A DNA stretch of 64,000 nucleotides from the IMG/VR virus record IMGVR_UViG_3300037512_000782, positions 124,732 through 188,731 of that record. One strand, written 5' to 3'. Shown here piece after piece: positions 40,423 to 46,460 of this stretch. How positions within the stretch are numbered: the first letter of the stretch is position 1; every line of letters starts with the position of its first letter. Origin of the DNA: a virus (lineage: Duplodnaviria > Heunggongvirae > Uroviricota > Caudoviricetes). The notes below the pieces were generated by a model, which did no database searches, was not told the origin of the DNA, and saw only the letters and a list, made by a program, of their open reading frames with translations. The position numbers were made by a program, and so were the translations under genes.

Positions 40423-40496
40423 GGGGCCATCGTCTAGTTGGCTAGGACACCAGCTTGTCACGCTGGAAATCACGGGTTCGAACCCCGTTGGTCCCG
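40423..40496 (+). tRNA. tRNA-Asp(GUC)
   Basis: CCAGC-TT-GTC-AC-GCTGG; G73. Confidence 0.95.
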
Positions 40497-40499
40497 TAT

Positions 40500-40575
40500 A
40501 CTCGATTCGCCTAGCTGGTCGATGGCATCTGCCTTACAAGCAGACACAACCTTGGTTCGAATCCAAGATCGAGTA
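40500..40575 (+). tRNA. tRNA-Val(UAC)
   Basis: TCTGC-CT-TAC-AA-GCAGA. Confidence 0.9.
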
Positions 40576-40579
40576 CTAT

Positions 40580-40651
40580 AGGGATTTAGGACAGTGGCTA
40601 GTCTAGCGCTCTCCAAAAGCGTCTACGGGAGTTCGAATCTCTCAGTCCCTG
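40580..40651 (+). tRNA. tRNA-Trp(CCA)
   Basis: GCGCT-CT-CCA-AA-AGCGT; G73. Confidence 0.9.
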
Positions 40652-40667
40652 CTAACAAATTATTTAT

Positions 40668-40751
40668 GGGTGATCTCCGATGATGGTGAATCGGGGCTGG
40701 CTGTAACCCAGCTGCCTTACGGCTCAGGGCGTTCGAATCGCTCATCACCCA
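40668..40751 (+). tRNA. tRNA-Tyr(GUA)
   Basis: GCTGG-CT-GTA-AC-CCAGC; long variable arm. Confidence 0.9.
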
Positions 40752-40759
40752 CTACTTAT

Positions 40760-40831
40760 TCTATCCTAGCTCAATGGTAGAGCGTTCGGCTGTTAACCGA
40801 ATGGTTCCTGGTTCGAGTCCAGGGGATAGAG
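40760..40831 (+). tRNA. tRNA-Asn(GUU)
   Basis: TTCGG-CT-GTT-AA-CCGAA; G73. Confidence 0.95.
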
Positions 40832-40841
40832 CTAATCATTT

Positions 40842-40914
40842 CAGCGTGTAGCTCAGCTGGTAGAGCGCACCGTTCGGGGCGGTGAGGTCGGTGGATCGTT
40901 CCCACTTACGCTGA
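40842..40914 (+). tRNA. tRNA-Pro(CGG)
   Basis: CACCG-TT-CGG-GG-CGGTG; atypical T-loop. Confidence 0.85.
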
Positions 40915-40919
40915 CTATT

Positions 40920-40992
40920 GCCTATGTAGCTCAGTTGGTAGAGCAACGGTTTAGTAATCCGTAGGTCGGCAGTTCGACCCTGTCCGTAGGCG
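40920..40992 (+). tRNA. tRNA-Thr(AGU)
   Basis: ACGGT-TT-AGT-AA-TCCGT; G1-C72, C2-G71. Confidence 0.8.
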
Positions 40993-40999
40993 CTACTAT

Positions 41000-41072
41000 T
41001 CCGACATAGCTCAGTTGGTAGAGCAGATCATTCGTAATGATCAGGTCGCTCGTTCGAGTCGAGCTGTCGGAG
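41000..41072 (+). tRNA. tRNA-Thr(CGU)
   Basis: GATCA-TT-CGT-AA-TGATC. Confidence 0.9.
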
Positions 41073-41076
41073 CTAT

Positions 41077-41159
41077 GGAAGTGTATCCTAACTGGTAAGG
41101 AACTACCTTGGAAAGGTAGCGTGGGAAACTGCTTGAAGGTTCGAGCCCTTCCACTTCCG
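41077..41159 (+). tRNA. tRNA-Ser(GGA)
   Basis: CTACC-TT-GGA-AA-GGTAG; long variable arm; G73. Confidence 0.9.
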
Positions 41160-41163
41160 CTAT

Positions 41164-41253
41164 GGAAGCGTAGACCTAACTGGTAAGGCCGCTGATTCGA
41201 AATCAGTCGTGTGGAGGATACTTCGCGTGTGGGTTCGAGTCCTACCGCTTCCG
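41164..41253 (+). tRNA. tRNA-Ser(CGA)
   Basis: GCTGA-TT-CGA-AA-TCAGT; long variable arm. Confidence 0.9.
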
Positions 41254-41270
41254 CTAATAAAGTTTGTATG

Positions 41271-41354
41271 GAGAGTTGGCAGAGTCTGGCTTATTGCATC
41301 ACGGTGCTAACGTGACGGTCTTAGGATCCACTGGTTCGAATCCAGTACTCTCTT
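41271..41354 (+). tRNA. tRNA-Ser(GCU)
   Basis: TCACG-GT-GCT-AA-CGTGA; G32. Confidence 0.85.
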
Positions 41355-41362
41355 CTAATCAT

Positions 41363-41436
41363 GGTGCCCGTAGCTCAATTGGTAGAGCCCTGGTATGTGG
41401 AACCAGCTGTTGCAAGTTCAAGCCTTGTCGGACGCC
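41363..41436 (+). tRNA. tRNA-His(GUG)
   Basis: CTGGT-AT-GTG-GA-ACCAG; G-1/C73. Confidence 0.9.
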
Positions 41437-41443
41437 CTATTAT

Positions 41444-41516
41444 TGCCGATTAGCCAAGTTGGTAAGGCAGATGCCTCTGAAGCATCGTATCGTTCGTTCG
41501 AGTCGAGCATCGGCAA
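41444..41516 (+). tRNA. tRNA-Gln(CUG)
   Basis: GATGC-CT-CTG-AA-GCATC. Confidence 0.9.
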
Positions 41517-41530
41517 CTAAAATTTTATAT

Positions 41531-41604
41531 GCGCCCATGGTGTAATTGGCTAACACGACACCTTGCCATGGTGTAGACTGCCGAATCGTGCTCGGCTGGG
41601 CGCT
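41531..41604 (+). tRNA. tRNA-Gly(GCC)
   Basis: ACACC-TT-GCC-AT-GGTGT; U73; atypical T-loop. Confidence 0.85.
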
Positions 41605-41608
41605 CTAT

Positions 41609-41691
41609 CTCGATGTGGGGGAATTGGTAGACCCGCCAGCTTGAGGGGCTGGTTCGTAACAGAGTGCATGGTTCAAGTCCAGCCATCGAGA
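41609..41691 (+). tRNA. tRNA-Leu(GAG)
   Basis: CCAGC-TT-GAG-GG-GCTGG; long variable arm. Confidence 0.9.
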
Positions 41692-41704
41692 CTAATCATC
41701 AATC

Positions 41705-41790
41705 CGGCGATTGCTGGAACTGGAAAGACAATTCGGACTTAAAATCCGAAGCACGTAACGTGCGTATGGGTTCGAGTCCCATATCGCCGA
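41705..41790 (+). tRNA. tRNA-Leu(UAA)
   Basis: TCGGA-CT-TAA-AA-TCCGA; long variable arm. Confidence 0.9.
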
Positions 41791-41863
41791 TAGGAGATAA
41801 CTAACATGAAGAAACTTAAACGATTATAAAGGTCGCAACTGCCTATCAGTTGCAATTCCCTAT

Positions 41864-41936
41864 GCGGGATTGGCGCAGTTGGTAGCGCAATGGACTTTTA
41901 ATCTATGGGTCGTCAGTTCGAACCTGACATCCCGCA
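41864..41936 (+). tRNA. tRNA-Lys(UUU)
   Basis: ATGGA-CT-TTT-AA-TCTAT. Confidence 0.9.
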
Positions 41937-41940
41937 CTAT

Positions 41941-42011
41941 GCACCTATATTGTAGTGGTAACAAGGTGGTCTTCCAAACCGCAATCGCCAGTTCGAATCT
42001 GACTAGGTGCT
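41941..42011 (+). tRNA. tRNA-Gly(UCC)
   Basis: GTGGT-CT-TCC-AA-ACCGC; U73. Confidence 0.9.
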
Positions 42012-42020
42012 CTAACTTAT

Positions 42021-42104
42021 CGGCATGTGGAGTAATTGGTAGCCTCGCCAGAATCAGAATCTGGTGGTCGAAAGATCGTGAGGGTTCGATTCCCTCTTTG
42101 CCGA
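42021..42104 (+). tRNA. tRNA-Leu(CAG)
   Basis: CCAGA-AT-CAG-AA-TCTGG; long variable arm. Confidence 0.85.
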
Positions 42105-42108
42105 CTAT

Positions 42109-42182
42109 CGCCCGGTGACGGAACTGGCATACGTTTCAGATTCAAAACCTGACTTTTGCGGGTTCGACTCCCGCCTGGGCGA
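42109..42182 (+). tRNA. tRNA-Leu(CAA) with short variable loop
   Basis: TCAGA-TT-CAA-AA-CCTGA; Leu-type D-arm; only 5 nt in the variable region. Confidence 0.75.
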
Positions 42183-42208
42183 CTATCTTTTCTAACAAAG
42201 GAACTAAC

Positions 42209-42547
42209 ATGATAACCGTTTCACAGATCAACGAACTTCGCCAGCAGACACAAGTGAGCATGCTTCTCTGCAAGCAAGCTCTTGAGGCTACTGACGGTGA
42301 CATGAACCGAGCCAAGGAATGGCTCCGCAGCAAGGGTAGCGAGGTCGCCGGAGACGGCGGATCGTTCGGATACTCTCTGTTCGAGGACGCTACCGAAAAA
42401 CTACAAGGCGTTACCGAAGGTGGCAAGGGTTTCCAATGGACTGATGGCGTAGTATCTATCGACATCCGTGGTTTCGACGGATCGTCTCCGAGAACTCTGT
42501 GGGGAAGCGACAGACGCATGCTGGTCTGCAGACCAGTCAAGGCGTAA
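42209..42547 (+). CDS. EF-Ts N-terminal (UBA-like) domain protein
   Basis: ITVSQINELRQQTQVSMLLCKQALEATDGDMNRAKEWLRSKG matches the EF-Ts N-terminal consensus; the rest is unrelated; AAGGA SD. Confidence 0.8.
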   Translation: MITVSQINELRQQTQVSMLLCKQALEATDGDMNRAKEWLRSKGSEVAGDGGSFGYSLFEDATEKLQGVTEGGKGFQWTDGVVSIDIRGFDGSSPRTLWGSDRRMLVCRPVKA

Positions 42548-42552
42548 CTTCT

Positions 42553-42625
42553 GCCCACGAAGCTCAACTGGATGAGCTGCGGATTTCTAATCCGCTGGCT
42601 GCGAGTTCGACTCTCGTCGTGGGTA
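42553..42625 (+). tRNA. tRNA-Arg(UCU)
   Basis: GCGGA-TT-TCT-AA-TCCGC. Confidence 0.9.
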
Positions 42626-42629
42626 CTAC

Positions 42630-42657
42630 TTGCAATCAAAACACTATTTGCTATATT
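42630..42657 (+). promoter_or_regulatory. Sigma70-like promoter inside the array
   Basis: TTGCAA-16 nt-TATATT. Confidence 0.6.
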
Positions 42658-42668
42658 TCGTACTGTAT

Positions 42669-42739
42669 TGAGCTATGGTGTAACGGTAGCACACGGGATT
42701 TTGATTCCCATAGTCTAGGTTCAAATCCTGGTAGCTCAA
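42669..42739 (+). tRNA. tRNA-Gln(UUG)
   Basis: CGGGA-TT-TTG-AT-TCCCA. Confidence 0.9.
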
Positions 42740-42743
42740 CTAT

Positions 42744-42823
42744 CCGGTTGTGGTGGAATTGGTAGACACGTCAGACTTAGGATCTGGTGCTTATGCGTGT
42801 GGGTTCGAGTCCCTCTAGCCGGA
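42744..42823 (+). tRNA. tRNA-Leu(UAG)
   Basis: TCAGA-CT-TAG-GA-TCTGG. Confidence 0.9.
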
Positions 42824-42839
42824 CTATTAAGAGGTTTCT

Positions 42840-43277
42840 ATGAGACGTTTGTTCATTATCCGCAAGGACTTGAAGTTATCTGCTGGCAAGCTTGCCGCGA
42901 TGGTTGCGCACTGCGCCGAAGGCTACTGGACGCGCCTTATCGCTAGGAATGCCGACTTCGACGGAGACGAGCATTACACAGTCCGATTCCGTTTGGATAA
43001 AGCGGACATGGAAGAATACATCAAGGGCATCTTCAAGAAGACTATCTGCGAGGCGAAGAACCTCAACCATCTTATGAAGGTCAAGGAAGTTGCCGACGGC
43101 CTTGGTCTTGTACAAGGCGAAGATTACGACTTCATCGACGACGCATGCTTGACGGAGCTGACTCCGGAAGCTGTCGACGAGAAGGGCAATGGTTATTGCC
43201 GAGTCGGCGTGTGGTTCAAGCCGCTATCTGACGAGATCAGCCACACGCTGTCCAAGAAGTATCAACTTTATCATTAA
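42840..43277 (+). CDS. pth2: Peptidyl-tRNA hydrolase, Pth2 family
   Basis: FIIRKDLKLSAGKLAAMVAHCA, KKTICEAKN, FIDDACLTE, GVWFKPL..SKKYQLY. Confidence 0.85.
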   Translation: MRRLFIIRKDLKLSAGKLAAMVAHCAEGYWTRLIARNADFDGDEHYTVRFRLDKADMEEYIKGIFKKTICEAKNLNHLMKVKEVADGLGLVQGEDYDFIDDACLTELTPEAVDEKGNGYCRVGVWFKPLSDEISHTLSKKYQLYH

Positions 43278-43282
43278 ACTAT

Positions 43283-43356
43283 GCTGACGTGCCGAAGTGG
43301 GAACGGGTGAGTCCGCAAAACTTTACATTGAGTGTGTTCGATTCACACCGTCAGCT
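43283..43356 (+). tRNA. tRNA-Cys(GCA)
   Basis: GAGT-CC-GCA-AA-ACTT; U73; C33. Confidence 0.8.
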
Positions 43357-43366
43357 CTAACTACTT

Positions 43367-44080
43367 ATGAAATTTGGATTGATCGGAAAGAACATTGGAT
43401 ACAGCAAGTCCAAGGAACTGTTTGACCAATGGAACCTTGACTACCGAGTTTACGACGTTGACAGTGTCGAACAAGGTCTTGAGCTGGTTATTGACGACAA
43501 GCTCGACGGATTCAATGTGACAAAGCCGTTCAAGAAGGACATCATCAAGTATCTTGACGGATTGATGCCCAATGCAGAACGTATTCAGTCAGTGAACTGC
43601 GTGAAGGTGTTTGCCGATACGTTGATCGGCGAGAACTTCGATTGCGATGCATTTCGTAACTCCTTGTGTCATTACATCAGCAATCACGACGCTTGGGAAT
43701 TCGACTTCCCTCACCGAATGGCGATTCTTGGAAATGGCGGCGTGACGCCGTCGATATTGGCTGCGTTACACGAAGTTGTGGACGGCGTTTCATCCAGTCA
43801 CGAGATTACGGTATTCGCTAGGACTCCGAAGGACGGTGAAACACCTATTGCCGAGTTCGATGCGAAACGGTTCGACTTGATAGTCAATACGGTTCCGTTC
43901 GAGGCTGGCATCGACATCGACTTCAACAACAAGGGCAAGTTCATCTATTATGACTTGAACTATGCCGATCGCCGATTGGTCGAGAAGGCTGAACTTAACA
44001 AGCATTGTTCTTGGTCGCTCGACGGCATGGATATGCTGGAACGGCAAGCTGAAATGGCCAAGAACTGGTGGCTGGCATAA
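43367..44080 (+). CDS. aroE: Shikimate dehydrogenase
   Basis: FGLIGKNIGYSKS, GFNVTKPFK (catalytic Lys), SVNC, GENFD, ILGNGG, IVNTVP, YDLNY, DGMDMLERQA. Confidence 0.85.
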   Translation: MKFGLIGKNIGYSKSKELFDQWNLDYRVYDVDSVEQGLELVIDDKLDGFNVTKPFKKDIIKYLDGLMPNAERIQSVNCVKVFADTLIGENFDCDAFRNSLCHYISNHDAWEFDFPHRMAILGNGGVTPSILAALHEVVDGVSSSHEITVFARTPKDGETPIAEFDAKRFDLIVNTVPFEAGIDIDFNNKGKFIYYDLNYADRRLVEKAELNKHCSWSLDGMDMLERQAEMAKNWWLA

Positions 44081-44109
44081 AAAAAATTACAAAAATTAGC
44101 CGATATGGG

Positions 44110-44138
44110 TTGCCAATGCTGGAGTTTATTGCTATATT
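44110..44138 (+). promoter_or_regulatory. Sigma70-like promoter
   Basis: TTGCCA-17 nt-TATATT; upstream of the second tRNA-Asn and the ncRNA/Y RNA/Ro60 block. Confidence 0.7.
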
Positions 44139-44196
44139 TTCTGGCACGATGATCCGAGAGATTATCGAGAAGGTTGACATATCGGATGATTCTTAT

Positions 44197-44269
44197 TGTT
44201 CCATAGCTCAGTTGGTAGAGCCCGCGACTGTTAATCGTGTTGTCCCTGGTTCGAGTCCAGGTGGAACAG
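44197..44269 (+). tRNA. tRNA-Asn(GUU), second copy
   Basis: CGCGA-CT-GTT-AA-TCGTG; G73. Confidence 0.95.
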
Positions 44270-44630
44270 CTAAAACCCAGACAGTAATTGTTCGTAGGGA
44301 CAACGTTATTGTTACGGCACGATGAAATTCATGCTGGCCGGATCCAACTAAACGGATTCGCTGACCGAAGGTAAAGTTCCGACGGATAGCGGGTGATTTA
44401 CGGTCTGGGTAATTTTAAATTCACACTTGGAAGTAAAAGGTAAAACTTCAACCGCTGCCGACTTCGGGTCGGGTTCCGGAGAGTTGCCAACATCCTAAAT
44501 TGGTAGTGTGGAGAATGGGGTTCGTTCCGTGCGACAGATTATCGAACTCCTACGAGCACAGAACGTCGCGTAAGGTTCTGTGCGAGGCGCTTTACCGTAG
44601 TACGTGACAAAACGGACAAGTTTGATTCGA

Positions 44631-44706
44631 CGCGGGTGGGTGGAACGGAATACCATTCGAGGCTCATAACCTCTGAGATACCGGAGTTCGACTCCCGGAC
44701 CCGCTA
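44631..44706 (+). tRNA. tRNA-Met(CAU), initiator-like
   Basis: C1-U72 mismatch; loop CT-CAT-AA; anticodon stem GAGG/CCTC rather than GGG/CCC. Confidence 0.75.
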
Positions 44707-44775
44707 CTATTTTTGAGTTTAACGACAACATGGACAAGTGCAAACGCTTGGTGCGACATGTTGTCGGTTGTGTTT

Positions 44776-44850
44776 CACGGACGGTGATAGAGCTGAGTTA
44801 CTTCGTATTTTTGGTATACGCCCAACACTTAGTTCGCCCATGCCTCCGTG
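44776..44850 (+). ncRNA. Minimal Y-RNA-like RNA (Y0)
   Basis: Same GGTGATAG-stem-TTACTTCG...stem-GCCCA module as the four RNAs before the Ro60 gene; closing stem CACGGA/TCCGTG. Confidence 0.65.
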
Positions 44851-44860
44851 TAAGTTTGAA

Positions 44861-45014
44861 ATGTCGCGATGGTGCAATCGAGTGGTCTAAAGCTCGACGC
44901 GGCCTACTAAACGCCGAAGTTACTACATACGGCGATGGCATGTGGGAAAGCACACTCTGCATCTTCCCTGGTAGTAAGCAGAGAGATTGCGGTTCGAGTC
45001 CCAGTCACGACATC
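44861..45014 (+). ncRNA. tRNA-derived RNA with expanded D- and anticodon loops
   Basis: Acceptor ATGTCGCGA/TCACGACAT, D-stem GTGC/GCAC, stem CTCTG/CAGAG, TTCGAGT T-loop. Confidence 0.55.
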
Positions 45015-45018
45015 AAAA

Positions 45019-45130
45019 TGCGATGAACGGTGGTTACCTTATGTAAGGTAGGGGCATCTACCTTTGGGACATGTTGCCCATCTGTGGCAACTCCCAGAAT
45101 CCCACGACTTTAGTCGTGGGAGTATGTCAA
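45019..45130 (+). mobile_element. IS200/IS605-family end (omegaRNA-like remnant), non-autonomous
   Basis: GAATCCCACGACTTTAGTCGTGGGAGTATGTCAA at 45097-45130; no tnpA/tnpB in the window. Confidence 0.7.
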
Positions 45131-45845
45131 GTAGCAACGCCTAGTAGTTGGAACTCCGTAGCGCATAGCGGACGTTAAAATAAAGAGTGCGCAGCCTTTT
45201 GTTAGGAACTAAAAATCGTGCTGAGGCGGCTGTACGACAGAGCCGGGTGAATCATGATCATCTATGCACGATACCGAGGGGATAGAGAGATTAGGGATCC
45301 GTCAACCGAGTACGTATAGGCCGGATACGCTCGAAACAGGTCAAAGCAATTTACTGTCGTACGTTTTTGTAACTCACTGAACCAGGTTTTCGAGGGAACG
45401 TTTAACCGCTGGGCACCTAGACCAGCTAGGTGAGTGCCACCGCCGATGGTGTATACGTATCACCGAAGGTTTGTCTGGTTGCTAAAGAAACGTCCCGCCC
45501 ATTATGGAGTCGCTGCCCAAGCAGCGTGGGGCGCGTAAGCGCCGTCTGGTGTGAATGACGTTAAAGACACACTATTCCCCTAGAGGGCAATCGACAATGG
45601 GTCTGGTCGTAAAAGAGCTGCCTCGTACGCCTCCTGCAGTTTCGTTAAGGGAGGCACACCTTTAAAAGCTGGCGTTTCTAGGGCGCATCGTAGCTCCCCG
45701 CATTGGTAGCGGCGACATCGGAGTAAAATCCGTGAGCTGACGTGCAAACTGTGCGTCCCATCAACGAGCGGCCTAATCGTAGGTGTAGGATAAGTTCTCG
45801 GATCTTAGGGAGATCTAAAACCGAGGCCAAGTTTTTATGAGTTTT

Positions 45846-45956
45846 GGATACCAGTGACAGTATACGGTTACTTCGGATAATGATGTGGTTCGACTCCATA
45901 GGGCGAAAGCCCATGCCGCGTGGGCGGCAGCACCCGTATGCGACAATTCTGTATCC
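45846..45956 (+). ncRNA. Y RNA (YrlA-like) Y1
   Basis: GGATAC/GTATCC closing stem; CAGTGACAG-TATACGG-TTACTTCG; T-loop TTCGACT; two further hairpins. Confidence 0.7.
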
Positions 45957-45966
45957 TAAAAAGTTT

Positions 45967-46113
45967 GACGGACAGTGATAGAATAGAGTTTCATCGTACG
46001 CATAAACGAAGAACGTTGGTTCGAATCCAGCCGTCGGTATAAGTTCAAAATTACTCCGACGTCGTCTAGTGGTCTAGGATCTTAAAAAGCTTTGTTCGGC
46101 TAATTCTTCCGTC
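45967..46113 (+). ncRNA. Y RNA (YrlA-like) Y2
   Basis: GACGGA/TCCGTC closing stem; permuted order T-arm, acceptor stem, D-arm. Confidence 0.8.
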
Positions 46114-46140
46114 TTTTTTGATTTTTGAAATGTACTTAAA

Positions 46141-46286
46141 TAATATCTAGCGGTGACAGATTAGAGTTTCATCGACTGTTAATCGAGAGGTTGTTGGTTC
46201 GAGTCCAATCGTGCTAGCTAGTCTGGCATGTAGCTCAATCGGTAGAGCGCTAAAAAAAGCTTTAGTCGCCTATTCCCTAGATATTA
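46141..46286 (+). ncRNA. Y RNA (YrlA-like) Y3
   Basis: TAATATCTAG/CTAGATATTA closing stem; Asn-like anticodon hairpin, T-arm, acceptor, D-arm in permuted order. Confidence 0.8.
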
Positions 46287-46310
46287 TTCAAGTATATTTA
46301 TGTGAAGTTT

Positions 46311-46460
46311 GAACCAGCAGTGATAGGATAGGGATACTTCGCAATAGGTGCCGTGGGTCGTCGGTTCAAATCCGGCTTCGCCGCCTAGCTTTTTATGCGG
46401 CGGATAGCTCAGTCTGGTAGAGCAACGATCAAATCTCTCTGTTCGCCCATTCTCTGGTTC
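46311..46460 (+). ncRNA. Y RNA (YrlA-like) Y4
   Basis: GAACCAG/CTGGTTC closing stem; GTCGG-TTCAAAT-CCGGC T-arm, then acceptor stem, then GCTC..GAGC D-arm. Confidence 0.8.

Noticed and set aside
40920-40992. Reading the anticodon as UAG (Leu) instead of AGU
   Set aside because: The shifted register destroys the ACGG/CCGT stem; no Leu-type variable arm; a true Leu(UAG) exists at 42744
42109-42182. Reading the anticodon as UCA (opal/Sec) instead of CAA
   Set aside because: Shifting the loop by one base breaks the TCAG/CTGA stem; no Sec-type long arms
40358-45914. Short ORFs called over the tRNA/ncRNA region (40358, 41264, 41870, 42499, 44068, 44495, 44730, 45678)
   Set aside because: They run through tRNA cloverleaves or structured RNAs and lack SD and phage codon style
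45846-46460. CRISPR array or ordinary/pseudo tRNAs as an explanation of the four repeated elements
   Set aside because: No identical repeats with constant spacing; the T-arm precedes the D-arm, each unit has its own closing stem, and they sit beside a TROVE gene
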